Assembly: GCA_963705125.1 (NCBI GenBank)
Contig: CAVPIY010000012.1
Coordinates: forward strand, 722,443-786,442
Length of the DNA stretch: 64,000 nucleotides
Source: an uncultured Bacteroidales bacterium
GTDB lineage: Bacteria; Bacteroidota; Bacteroidia; Bacteroidales; UBA10428
Reading direction: 5' to 3'
Shown here: positions 9,447 through 19,767 of the stretch, piece by piece
How the letters are laid out: every line of letters begins with the position of its first letter
How positions within the stretch are numbered: position 1 is the first letter of the stretch
The notes under the pieces: model-generated
What the model saw: only the letters and a program-made list of their open reading frames with translations
Told to the model about the DNA's origin: nothing
Database searches by the model: none
Position numbers and translations under genes: made by a program

Positions 9447-10445
9447 ATGTCTAAAAAAGAAAAGTTTGATTCATTTCTGAAAGAGGGGCCTGTCAGGGGA
9501 TATATTCCCTTCCACCCGATCCTGATGCATTTTGCAGCCCGGTTCAGCCAGTCCACCTACGGTGAATTTGCTTCCGATTACCGTGTCCTGGTAGAAAGCA
9601 ACATCAAAGCACTGGAGTATTTTGATCTTGACTGGGTTGAACTGATCTCGGATCCGTACAGGGAAACCACGGCCTTTGGTGCCGCCATCGAATATGTCCC
9701 CGAGGGTGTTCCCAAATGCCTGCAAAAGATCGTCGAGAACCTAGACGATGTCCTTGCCCTGAAAAATCCGGATGTCTATAAATCAGCCCGCACCCTTGAC
9801 CGGATCAGGGGTGCTGAATTATACCAGAAAATGCTGAAGGGAACGGTCCCGGTATTCGGATGGATTGAAGGTCCGCTGGCCGAGGCATGCGATCTGGCAG
9901 GTGTAAGCGAGATGCTGATGATGCTGATGTCGGATCCTGATTTTTCAAACCGGCTAATGGATAAATGCATGGTGACAGCCCGTGAATTTGCCAGGGCACA
10001 GGTTGAGGCAGGCTGTGACGTGATCGGTATGGGTGACGCCATTTGCTCACAGATCGACCTGGAAATGTACAACACCTATGTAAAAAACCGGCATATTGAC
10101 CTGGTGGATTTCATTCAATCGATTGGCGGCAAAGTGAAACTTCATATTTGTGGTAATATTACACATCTGCTCCCAGCCCTTAAAGATCTCGGGCTTGACA
10201 TCCTGGATATCGACTGGCAGGTTGATTTTGAGGAAGCCCACCGGATAATCGGGGATAATGTATCCATTTGTGGCAACATCAACCCCGTAAAAATCCAGGA
10301 TGCGCATGAAGAAGAACTTTATACCATAGTCCGTGAACTCATGCAAAATGAGAAAAACAAAAGGTTCATCTGCAGCGGCGGATGCGAAATAACCGTGAAT
10401 ACACCTGCCGGGAATTTGCTGGCCATGAGAAAGGCACTTGAATGA
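9447..10445 (+). CDS. uroporphyrinogen decarboxylase (URO-D) family protein, MtaA/CmuA-like
   Basis: 332 aa with a URO-D-like TIM-barrel pattern (ISDPYRETTAFG..., GMGDAICS, HICGN). Confidence 0.65.
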   Translation: MSKKEKFDSFLKEGPVRGYIPFHPILMHFAARFSQSTYGEFASDYRVLVESNIKALEYFDLDWVELISDPYRETTAFGAAIEYVPEGVPKCLQKIVENLDDVLALKNPDVYKSARTLDRIRGAELYQKMLKGTVPVFGWIEGPLAEACDLAGVSEMLMMLMSDPDFSNRLMDKCMVTAREFARAQVEAGCDVIGMGDAICSQIDLEMYNTYVKNRHIDLVDFIQSIGGKVKLHICGNITHLLPALKDLGLDILDIDWQVDFEEAHRIIGDNVSICGNINPVKIQDAHEEELYTIVRELMQNEKNKRFICSGGCEITVNTPAGNLLAMRKALE

Positions 10446-10457
10446 CAAAAAACTCAA

Positions 10458-10479
10458 GGGGCAGGTCGAGACCTGCCCC
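10458..10479. terminator. GC-rich hairpin between convergent genes
   Basis: GGGGCAGGTC-GA-GACCTGCCCC lies between the URO-D stop (10445) and the dnaK stop (10501). It has no clear U-tract. Confidence 0.5.
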
Positions 10480-10500
10480 TACAAGTGTATAATTATGATC

Positions 10501-12430
10501 CTACTTCACCTCCTCAAAATCCACATCCGTCACCTCGTCATCTTTCTTTCCGCCACCCGGTTGCTGGCCGGCAGAGGGACCTGCATCTGCTGTATATCCG
10601 TCCTGCGGACCCTGTGCCTGCTGCTGCTGGCTATGTTTGTATAATTCCTCCGAGGCAGCCTGCCATACCGTGGTAAGATCCGCTGTGGCCTTGTCTACTG
10701 CTGCAATATCCTGGCTCTTGTGGGCATCCTTCAATTTGGAAAGTGCCTCTTCAATGGGACCCTTTTTATCAGCGGGAAGTTTATCACCGAATTCCTTCAG
10801 CTGTTTTTCCGTCTGGAATATCAGGCTGTCGGCAGCATTCAGTTTATCAACCCGTTCGCGCTGTTCTTTGTCCTTTGCTTCATTTTCCTTGGCTTCGCGT
10901 TTCATCCTTTCAATCTCCTCACTGGTAAGTCCGGATGATGCCTCGATACGAATGCTCTGTTGTTTGCCGGTGCCCTTGTCTTTCGCGGAAACATGCAGGA
11001 TGCCGTTGGCATCGATATCAAAGCTGACCTCGATTTGCGGGATGCCCCTGGGTGCAGGGGGTATACCGTCGAGGTGGAAGCGGCCGATTGTCTTGTTGTC
11101 GGAAGCCATAGGCCGTTCACCCTGCAATACATGGATCTCAACTGAGGGCTGATTGTCTGATGCCGTAGTGAAAGTTTCCGACTTCTTGGTGGGAATGGTG
11201 GTATTGGCTTCGATCAGTCTGGTAGCCACTCCCCCCATGGTTTCAATACCCAGTGAAAGCGGTGTTACGTCAAGAAGCAGGATGTCCTTCACCTCGCCTG
11301 TCAGCACACCACCCTGGATGGCTGCGCCCACGGCAACCACCTCATCGGGATTTACGCCCTTTGGAAGGTTTGCGGTTGAAAAACTTTTCCACTACTTCCT
11401 GGATAACGGGTATACGGGTAGAACCCCCAACCAGGATAACTTCATTTATATCTGATGTTGTCAATCCGGCATCTTTCAGAGCCTTCCGGCAAGGTTCAAC
11501 GGTTGACTGAACCAGATGATCAACCAGGCTTTCGAATTTGGCCCGGGTGAGTGTTTTTACCAGGTGCTTGGGAATTCCGTCAACCGGCATAATATAGGGC
11601 AGGTTGATCTCGGTCTGTGTTGAACTGGACAGTTCGATCTTGGCCTTTTCGGCAGCTTCTTTAAGCCTTTGCAGGGCCATGGGATCCCGCTTCAGGTCTA
11701 TTCCCTCATCTTTTTTGAATTCTTCGGCAAGCCAATCGATTATGCACTGATCAAAATCATCTCCTCCCAGATGGGTGTCACCATTGGTTGATTTCACCTC
11801 GAAAACACCGTCTCCGAGTTCGAGAATGCTGATATCAAATGTTCCGCCGCCCAGGTCATACACGGCAATTTTCATATCATGGTGCTTCTTGTCGAGACCA
11901 TATGCCAGTGAAGCTGCTGTAGGCTCATTAATGATGCGTCTGACCTTAAGCCCGGCAATCTCACCGGCTTCCTTGGTCGCCTGACGCTGGGAATCACTGA
12001 AATAGGCCGGAACGGTAATGACCGCTTCGGTAACTTCATGGCCGAGGTAATCCTCAGCTGTTTTCTTCATTTTCTGCAGGACCAGTGCTGAAATTTCCTG
12101 CGGTGTAAACTTTCGGTCATCAATCATGACACGCGGTGTATTGTTGTCACCCTTGGATACTTTATAGGGTACACGTTGAATTTCTTTCTGTACCTTGTCA
12201 TAGGTTTCTCCCATGAACCGCTTGATGGAAGAGACAGTTTTAACAGGATTGGTAATGGCCTGACGTTTGGCAGGATCACCAACTTTTCTCTCTCCATTGT
12301 CCATAAAAGCCACCATGGAAGGCGTGGTCCGCTTACCTTCACTGTTGGGAATTACAACCGGTTCATTACCCTCCATTACTGCAACGCATGAATTGGTCGT
12401 CCCCAGATCAATTCCGATTATTTTGCTCAT
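10501..12430 (-). pseudogene. dnaK: molecular chaperone DnaK, frame broken by one extra nucleotide (probably a sequence error)
   Basis: The N-terminal 362 aa ([15 protein letters not shown]...) and C-terminal 279 aa ([19 protein letters not shown]...) lie in adjacent frames. Removing one C from the CCC run at 11357-11359 restores ...[16 protein letters not shown].... Confidence 0.95.
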
Positions 12431-12662
12431 GCTGTTTTATTTATTTTGGTTATATATTCATGTATTATTGACTATTCGTTTGACAAGGATTGTGCCAATT
12501 GCGCAACTGCTGACAGAATTGCGCCATATTATTGCACTATGACCGTGATATTCCCGGTATTGCATGGCCGTGACAAAACGACAGTATTGACAGAATATTT
12601 TATTGGTTAATCCGTGTTTATTTATGAACTTTGAATATCAGGTATTATTTAAATTACGCATT

Positions 12663-13485
12663 ATGTCAGTTGCTTCAGCTGAAAAACCAAAAAGAATCAC
12701 CACCCATGTGTTGCAGGAAATGAAAATACGGGGTGAGAAAATATCCATGCTTACTGCCTATGATTATTCCATGGCAAAGATACTTGACCGGGCAGGGATT
12801 GATGTGATCCTGGTGGGTGATTCCGCCTCAAACGTGATGGCAGGCCATGAAACCACCATACCCATTACCCTGGATGAGATGATTTATCATGCTGCCTCGG
12901 TGGTACGGGCAGTGGAAAGGTCACTCGTTATTGTGGATATGCCTTTTGGTTCATACCAGGGAAATTCCAAGGAAGCCCTTAACTCTGCCATCCGGATCAT
13001 GAAAGAGACCGGGGCAAGTGCGGTAAAACTTGAGGGTGGCCGTGAGATCCAGGAATCCGTTATCCGCATCCTGTCAGCCGGAATTCCCGTAATGGGGCAT
13101 CTGGGACTCACTCCCCAATCGATCCATAAATTCGGAACATTTGTGGTGCGGGCCCGTGAGGACGCAGGAAGCCCAGAAACTGGTGGATGATGCACACGTG
13201 CTTGAGGAATCCGGTTGCTTTTCCATCGTGCTTGAGAAAATACCGGCCAGACTGGGAGCACAGGTAGCACAGGAAATAAAGATACCCATCATCGGCATTG
13301 GTGCAGGCCGGCATGTTGATGGGCAGGTGCTGGTGCTGCATGATATGCTTGGTATAACGCAGGATTTTTCACCCCGGTTCCTGAGAAGGTATCACAATCT
13401 TTACCAGGAGATTACCAAAGCTGTGACCAATTACGTTGACGATATTAAAAATCTGGAATTCCCGAATGAGAAGGAACAGTATTGA
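12663..13485 (+). pseudogene. panB: 3-methyl-2-oxobutanoate hydroxymethyltransferase PanB, one frameshift near 13167
   Basis: The two pieces are [25 protein letters not shown]...GHLGLTPQS and [26 protein letters not shown]...IGIGAG, joined by a 1-nt indel. I chose the ATG at 12663. Confidence 0.9.
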
Positions 13486-13618
13486 GTAGGGACGAGTAAA
13501 GAGTGATGAGTGATGAGCGGGTTTAGGGAGTTGGGATTTGTGCATGATTATTTCTGATTACGCTTTACCCAATACCCGAGCCTATAACCCGCTGATTACT
13601 CATTACTCATTACTAATT
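13484..13618. repeat. imperfect long inverted repeat built from heptamer units (AGTGATG / CATTACT)
   Basis: The left arm (13484-13535) and right arm (13568-13618) share GAGTGATGAGTGATGAGCGGGTT with its complement AACCCGCTGATTACTCATTACTC. The centre is ~32 nt. Confidence 0.8.
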
Positions 13619-13654
13619 GTACACAAAGTACAATATTTTTATTAACGTTACAGA

Positions 13655-14344
13655 ATGTCTGATAACATAAACATCCTCTACGAAGACAACCACATCATCG
13701 CGGTAAACAAGACGCATCACGACCTGGTTCAGAAGGATGCAACCGGTGATCTGTCGCTGGATGAAAAACTGAAGCAATACCTGAAGAAAAGGTACAACAA
13801 GCCCGGTGAGGTGTTTCTGGGTGTGGTGCACAGGCTTGACAGGCCGGTCACCGGCGTTGTGTTTTTTGCCCGTACCAGCAAGGCATTGACACGTCTTACC
13901 GGCATGTTCCGGGAGGGCAGGATAAAAAAAACCTATTGGGCCATTGTAAAGAATCAGCCTCCAAAAGAAGCCGAACAACTGGTACATTATATGGTGCGTA
14001 ACACCAAACAAAACAAATCCTATTGCAGCGACACACCGAAACCGGATTCCAGGGAATCCATCCTGGATTATTGTCTTATTGGCCGGTCAGACAATTACTT
14101 TTTGCTTGAGATTAACCTCAGAACCGGCCGTCATCATCAGATACGTGCACAATTGTCACATATAGGCTGTCCCATCAAGGGTGATCTGAAGTACGGCTTC
14201 CCGCGGTCAAATGCGAACGGGGGCATCAGCCTGCATGCCCGGAAGATCAGCTTTACGCATCCGGTAACAAAGGAGGATGTTGAAATTACAGCCGGATTGC
14301 CGGAAGACGATAATCTCTGGAATGCCTTCGGTATTTCCCGGTAA
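13655..14344 (+). CDS. RluA family pseudouridine synthase
   Basis: 229 aa with the HRLDRPVTGVV catalytic motif and HQIRAQL. Confidence 0.85.
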   Translation: MSDNINILYEDNHIIAVNKTHHDLVQKDATGDLSLDEKLKQYLKKRYNKPGEVFLGVVHRLDRPVTGVVFFARTSKALTRLTGMFREGRIKKTYWAIVKNQPPKEAEQLVHYMVRNTKQNKSYCSDTPKPDSRESILDYCLIGRSDNYFLLEINLRTGRHHQIRAQLSHIGCPIKGDLKYGFPRSNANGGISLHARKISFTHPVTKEDVEITAGLPEDDNLWNAFGISR

Positions 14345-14374
14345 ACTATGTATTTTACATTACAGATATTGTCC

Positions 14375-15310
14375 TTACCAGGTCCGGTCCTTGAGGTATT
14401 CATCCAGTTCTTTGCGTGACATGGACATCTCCTTAGGATTCTTCTCCAGCCATTCCATAAATGCGTTTTTTATCTCGTCAGTCCATTGTGCATCGATCTG
14501 TCCGGGTGAATAACGGCCTTCCCGGAGCATCTGGTGCCCGAACTTGTCTCTCATCATGATAAACTCTCCCGTGAGCACCACTTCTTCAACCAGATGCGGT
14601 GGTACAAAAATCACCCCTTCTTTTTTAGCCAGCACCACATCACCCGGGAAAGCCAATGCTCTCCCGATGCGTATGGGAACGTTGATGCCCATAAGCATGG
14701 TTTCCGTCAGAAACGAAGGATCAAAACCTCGAACAAAGGCATTGAATCCGTTAATCTTCTGAAGTCCTTCGAGATCCCGCACACCAGCGTCGAAAACCAC
14801 ACCCCGGTGTGATTTTGTAAATATGGAATTTCCCAGGTTATCCCCGATGAGGGTGCCATCAATGACCTTTCCAAAGCAGTCTGCCACATAAACATCACCA
14901 TCCTGTAACATATCTATGGGCCAGGAGTTGGATGCACCCTTTCTGCCCTCAGCATGACCCTTGTCGAGTATACTTTTTTCAGCATCCGGTCTCTTTGGGT
15001 AATAGAGAGCGGTCAATACCCTGCCTGCAATGGGCATGTCGTCATAGATCATTTGCCATCCGCTTTCAAACTGGTTGTTATAACCCTTGTTCCGCAAAGT
15101 ACCCCACACCTCTTCGATCGACAGGTTCTTCAACCGGGCGATAAGCTCATCGGGCACTTTCGGGCGACCGTCCTTCAACCGTTCACCGTCCCACTGTAAA
15201 GTATAGAACTGCATAAGATCTCCGGAAATCACGGTTTGTCCGAGAATTTCGGCAGCACCCAGTATTAAGGCTGCAAAAAACAAAATCTTCATATTCTTCA
15301 TTTCGATCAT
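14375..15310 (-). CDS. RraA-family (aldolase/regulator-like) protein with N-terminal signal peptide
   Basis: 311 aa with an RraA-like core: DGDVYVAD...GDNLG...GVVFDAGVRDLEGL...FVRG...GINVPIRIG...PGDVVLAKKEGVIFVP. The N-terminus MKILFFAALILGAAEILGQ looks like a signal peptide. Confidence 0.6.
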   Translation of the reverse strand: MIEMKNMKILFFAALILGAAEILGQTVISGDLMQFYTLQWDGERLKDGRPKVPDELIARLKNLSIEEVWGTLRNKGYNNQFESGWQMIYDDMPIAGRVLTALYYPKRPDAEKSILDKGHAEGRKGASNSWPIDMLQDGDVYVADCFGKVIDGTLIGDNLGNSIFTKSHRGVVFDAGVRDLEGLQKINGFNAFVRGFDPSFLTETMLMGINVPIRIGRALAFPGDVVLAKKEGVIFVPPHLVEEVVLTGEFIMMRDKFGHQMLREGRYSPGQIDAQWTDEIKNAFMEWLEKNPKEMSMSRKELDEYLKDRTW

Positions 15311-15325
15311 ATTTTATGATAACAA

Positions 15326-16615
15326 TTACGAATTGGTTTCAGTTTCTTTTGTCTTGTTTCGCCAATAATTGGCCAGGGTTGAACCGGTAATATTCATCAG
15401 TGGCCCGAATATGGCCGGTGCCAGTCCCACTGTGGCAATCTTACCCATCTGCATGGCCAGTCCCGAAGCCAGGCCACCATTTTGCATCCCCACTTCGAAA
15501 GCGATTGTCCGGCTATCCCGTTCCGGCATTCCTGACAACCTGGCAAAGGTATATCCGAGGGTATAACCTGACAGGTTATGGATCAGGGTTGCCAGGAGAA
15601 GCAAGCCACCGACCTGCAGGAGACTGTCGCGTCCGGCGGCAGTTATGATGGTAATAATCACCGCAATACCCAGCATGGAAATAAAAGACAGGATCTTCTC
15701 CATCCATTGGTTATTCCCTGCTGTAAGGCGGCTTAAAATATAGGCGCCTGCGGCCGGAAGTAAGACGAACCATCCGATATCTTTGAGGAAGGCCACGGCC
15801 AGATGTGACAGGCTGGTTTCACCGGTCTTCAGCAGAATGGAATTCTTCAGGATGATGATGAAGAAATACACGATCAGCTGAATTATCGCGTTCTTCCTGG
15901 TCTCTTTTCCATGGAAGAACAGGTTAAAAACAAAGCCTGCCACAACCGGAAGTATGATCATATTGATAATTTCCAGCATCATCTTCCAGACATTTATCTC
16001 AATAAACTGACCTGCAAGCAGTTTCATCAGCAGCGGTGTAAGGAGTGGTGAAAGTAAGGTGGAAATGGCAGCAACCGTAACTGCCAGTGCAAGGTTAGCT
16101 TTGGCAATATATGACATAACGTTAGAAGCCAGGCCGCTGGGTGCACAACCGATTAAAAGCACACCTGCCGCAATTTCGGGAGGGAAGTTAAAAATGTTTG
16201 CTATGGCAAATCCCACGCCGGGCATGATGATATAATGTGCCGAGATGCCGATGATAACCCCTTTTGGCATTTTAATGACACCTGTAAAGTCATTCACGCT
16301 CATTTGCGATCCCATACCAAACATGATGATCTGCAGCAGGGGAACAATCATTTTTTTCAGTTCAAAATCACCTGCCCTCTGAAAATACTGTGGATAATAC
16401 ATGCTCAGGGCAACTGCAGCGAAAATCCAGATCGTATAGGAAAGGCTTTTAAACAATTTAAACCCCCTTACGCCAATGGCAAGAAAAACCAGGGCTGTAA
16501 TAAGAAAGGGTCCTGCGGCAGCAAGTCCGCCGGTAAATATCAGGTATAATACAATTATCAGCAGGATCAATGCTGCACCAACAGCAGATTTATACAAAAT
16601 TTGTGTCTTATTCAT
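15326..16615 (-). CDS. bile acid:sodium symporter (BASS) family transporter
   Basis: 429 aa and polytopic. The GCAPSGLASNVMSYIAKANLALAV segment is typical of the SBF/BASS family. Confidence 0.7.
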   Translation of the reverse strand: MNKTQILYKSAVGAALILLIIVLYLIFTGGLAAAGPFLITALVFLAIGVRGFKLFKSLSYTIWIFAAVALSMYYPQYFQRAGDFELKKMIVPLLQIIMFGMGSQMSVNDFTGVIKMPKGVIIGISAHYIIMPGVGFAIANIFNFPPEIAAGVLLIGCAPSGLASNVMSYIAKANLALAVTVAAISTLLSPLLTPLLMKLLAGQFIEINVWKMMLEIINMIILPVVAGFVFNLFFHGKETRKNAIIQLIVYFFIIILKNSILLKTGETSLSHLAVAFLKDIGWFVLLPAAGAYILSRLTAGNNQWMEKILSFISMLGIAVIITIITAAGRDSLLQVGGLLLLATLIHNLSGYTLGYTFARLSGMPERDSRTIAFEVGMQNGGLASGLAMQMGKIATVGLAPAIFGPLMNITGSTLANYWRNKTKETETNS

Positions 16616-16675
16616 AGATGAAATTCAAGATCGGTTTTTACACGGTATTTCAAATCAGGCAGGACGGACAGCAGA

Positions 16676-18091
16676 TCAACTCCATGTCCTGTCCCAGCTC
16701 CTTTCCTTATCCCACTGGGGAGTAGGTGCAAAATAGTCTTCTCCCTTCCTGAGGCGTTCTTTGATCACCTTCTCATTCAGATCAATTCCAAGTCCGGGTG
16801 TATCAGGCACTTTTATAAATCCGTTGTCAAGAATTGGTTTTTGAATCCCTTCAGCCATATCTTCGAAGTTTTCATCGTCCACATGATGATGCTCCAGTGC
16901 CATAAAATTCTGTGTAGCTGCAGCACAATGCACGTTGGCCATGAGCGAAACAGGTGAGCCAGCCCAATGTAATGCCATGGCTACTCCTTTTTCTTCAGCG
17001 TAATCACCAATTTTCTTGGTCTCCAGGATTCCACCGGAGGAAACCAGGTCGGGGTGAACCATATCCACGGCATGAGAATCGCATAATTTAATAAATTCCT
17101 CCTTCAGGTATATATCTTCGCCGGTAAGGGTGGGTGTTTCAATAGCATGCGATATTTCTTTCCACTGATCAGTATAGATCCAGGGAATGAGGTCCTCAAG
17201 CCAGGCCAGCCTGTATTTATCCACGGCTTTCCCGAGTCGTATGGCCGTATTGACATCAAAATGCCCGAAATGGTCAGCGGCGATCGGCACTTCGTAACCT
17301 ACAATATCACGAACTCTTGCAATATATTCTTCCAGTTTTTGAAATCCGATTTCGGTTATCTGCAGTCCGGTAAAGGGATGTTTTGTTTGTCCATAAGTCA
17401 TCCATTCATCCGTCCAGGCTTTGTTCAGGTCCTGGTTTTTACTTCCTACTATGGCATTTGGCACATTCCGGATCAATTCCAGTCCGAAATCAATTTTAAA
17501 GAAGGTGAAACCTTTTTCCTTTCGTTTAATGATTCTGCTGGCGGTAACTTCGGGATCTTCAGAGGAGGGCGTATCGGCATACATCCTGATTTTGTCACGG
17601 TATTTACCACCCAGCAACTGATATACAGGTACCCCATAAGCCTTACCGGCAAGATCCCAAAGGGCTATTTCAATGCCGGAAACTCCCCCCCCCTGGCGGC
17701 CATGTCCACCAAACTGCTTCAGGTTTTTAAATATCTGTTCCACACTGCAGGGATTCTTACCCAGCAATCTGCTTTTCAGAAATAGTGCATAAGTGGGGCT
17801 TCCGCCGTCACGAACCTCCCCAAGCCCGTAAATATCCTGGTTGGTGTAGATTTTTATGATCGGCACATTATCAGCCCATGCTATGCGCATATCCGTGATC
17901 TTCAGATCAGATGGAGCAGAGTACCGGCTTACCTTCTGGGTAGCGAATTCAATTTCCCGGGCAACTGAATTTTGTGTAAGGAAAGTGCCCATGGCCAATC
18001 CGCCGAGGGCAGATTTGCGGAGAAAGCTCCGCCTGTCATTTGGAAAGTGGTTGCTGATCTGCGAACCTTCCAGTTTATCCTGCTTCTTCAT
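16676..18091 (-). CDS. enolase-superfamily (mandelate racemase/muconate lactonizing, sugar-acid dehydratase-like) protein with Tat-type signal
   Basis: RRSFLRKSALGGLAMGT lies near the N-terminus and is followed by an MR/MLE-like capping and barrel region. I chose the start at MKKQD (18091). Confidence 0.7.
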   Translation of the reverse strand: MKKQDKLEGSQISNHFPNDRRSFLRKSALGGLAMGTFLTQNSVAREIEFATQKVSRYSAPSDLKITDMRIAWADNVPIIKIYTNQDIYGLGEVRDGGSPTYALFLKSRLLGKNPCSVEQIFKNLKQFGGHGRQGGGVSGIEIALWDLAGKAYGVPVYQLLGGKYRDKIRMYADTPSSEDPEVTASRIIKRKEKGFTFFKIDFGLELIRNVPNAIVGSKNQDLNKAWTDEWMTYGQTKHPFTGLQITEIGFQKLEEYIARVRDIVGYEVPIAADHFGHFDVNTAIRLGKAVDKYRLAWLEDLIPWIYTDQWKEISHAIETPTLTGEDIYLKEEFIKLCDSHAVDMVHPDLVSSGGILETKKIGDYAEEKGVAMALHWAGSPVSLMANVHCAAATQNFMALEHHHVDDENFEDMAEGIQKPILDNGFIKVPDTPGLGIDLNEKVIKERLRKGEDYFAPTPQWDKERSWDRTWS

Positions 18092-18234
18092 GATGGTCAT
18101 ATAATGAAAAATTGAAATTAGTAATTTCCTGCAATTAATCAATTCCGATTTAATAAGATCTTAGATTTATTGCCATGTAAAGAAATTGATAATCCAGGTT
18201 GATCCACTGTCAGGAGGGTATATCAGGAAAAAAA

Positions 18235-18365
18235 GAGGGTGTCTTAAAAGCCCTGATCTCAAGAACGTCATTGCGAGCGAAGCGAAGCAATCTGTTGTAA
18301 ATTAACAGATTGCTTCAGTCGTACCTTCTTCGCAATGACGTTTTATCGGCTTTTGAGACACCCTC
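18235..18365. repeat. nested palindromic element, copy A
   Basis: The outer inverted repeat is GAGGGTGTCTTAAAAGCC / GGCTTTTGAGACACCCTC. The inner boxes are GTCATTGCGAG...GAAGCAATCT // AGATTGCTTC...CGCAATGAC. Confidence 0.9.
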
Positions 18366-18383
18366 CACTACATAACCCCCTCT

Positions 18384-19733
18384 TTACAGCACAATGGGTT
18401 TTCCCATGTACAGATCAATGATCTTGAGTTTAAAAATGTATTCGTATTTCGCCTGCAGCATGCTTGATTTGGCGCTGATCAGGTTATTCTGAGAGATATT
18501 GTAATCCACAGAATTCACCAGGCCTACCTCCAGTTTCTGGCTGGTGTATTTAAAGGCCTCTTCGTTGTATTTTACCGCCTCCACACTGGAATAGTATTTC
18601 TCCCTTGCAGCTGAAGCATCGGTATGAGCCTGCTGGACTTCTTTATAAAGGGCCATTTTCGCAATTTCAAGCTGAAGCTTGTAATCATTTAATTGCAATT
18701 TCGAATTGCTTATTGAATTTTTGACTTCCAATTTGTTAAAAAGAGGAATCGATACACCAAAGTTCAGATTTTTGTAAAAGAAATCATTCATCTGATCCTT
18801 GAATTGGTAATCTGTTTCCGGATCCAAAGGATAGTTGGCGACCTGGGAATACCGGCTGGACAGGTTACCATTCATGTAAATGGAGGGACTTACCCGACCC
18901 CAGGCCATGGAAAGCTGTTTTTCGGAACTCTTCAGGGCAAATTCGGCACTTTTGATCTCTGGCATGGTATTCAGGGCTTCAGTGAAAATAACCTGAACCT
19001 GTTCAAGGGGTGCCAGTAACTCAACCTCAATATTACTGGGAATAACGACATCAAAACCACCTGTCGAATCCAGATCCAGCAATTGGGTCAGATCGAGATA
19101 GGCGATTTCCTGGTTGTTTTGTGCATTGATGAGACTGGTCTTGTCATTTGATTCCTGTGCTTTGATCTGCAAATATTCACCCTGCGCTACATTGCCAACT
19201 TCCAGCATCTTGCGTGTGCGTTCCGCCTGCAAGGCAGTTACGTCAAGCTTGCTTCGGGATACTTCAACCAGCTCTTTGGAAAAAAGGACCTGCAAATAGG
19301 CCAGTGCCAGTTGAAGTGCGATATCATTTTTTGATTTTTCCAGGTCTGATTTGCTTTTTAAGAAATCATACTTGGTTTTCATTATGTTGTTGATAATCTG
19401 AAAACCCCCGAACAACGTCACACTGCTGTTGAGACCAACCGTTCCTGACCAGTATTGTTCATTGATGTATTTCGGAATTGTACTGGAGTAGTCAATGGTC
19501 TTTCCGTCGCTTTTGCCATAGTTGATTTGCCCGTTCAGATCGGGTAATGTATTGAAATAACTTTGATTATGATTGTTCTTATTATATTGGACGTTCAGTT
19601 CCTGCCGTTTGATCTGTAAATTATTCTCAAGTGCATATGCAATACATTCCTCCAGCGACCATGCTTTTTGTGCCTGCAAAGGCATGAAGCCTGAAACAAC
19701 AAGCAGGCACAAAAATAACACTACTTTTCTCAT
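18384..19733 (-). CDS. TolC family outer-membrane efflux protein
   Basis: It has the signal peptide MRKVVLFLCLLVVSGFMPLQAQ and two TolC-like repeats (LEECIAYALENNLQIK...). It is the last gene of the efflux operon. Confidence 0.8.
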   Translation of the reverse strand: MRKVVLFLCLLVVSGFMPLQAQKAWSLEECIAYALENNLQIKRQELNVQYNKNNHNQSYFNTLPDLNGQINYGKSDGKTIDYSSTIPKYINEQYWSGTVGLNSSVTLFGGFQIINNIMKTKYDFLKSKSDLEKSKNDIALQLALAYLQVLFSKELVEVSRSKLDVTALQAERTRKMLEVGNVAQGEYLQIKAQESNDKTSLINAQNNQEIAYLDLTQLLDLDSTGGFDVVIPSNIEVELLAPLEQVQVIFTEALNTMPEIKSAEFALKSSEKQLSMAWGRVSPSIYMNGNLSSRYSQVANYPLDPETDYQFKDQMNDFFYKNLNFGVSIPLFNKLEVKNSISNSKLQLNDYKLQLEIAKMALYKEVQQAHTDASAAREKYYSSVEAVKYNEEAFKYTSQKLEVGLVNSVDYNISQNNLISAKSSMLQAKYEYIFKLKIIDLYMGKPIVL

Positions 19734-19767
19734 ATCATTGATTTTTATATAGTTGGCTGTAATAATA

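Noticed and set aside
11340-11370. The dnaK frame break might be programmed ribosomal frameshifting.
   Set aside because: There is no slippery heptamer or downstream structure. The break sits in a C/G homopolymer, like dozens of other breaks in unrelated genes.
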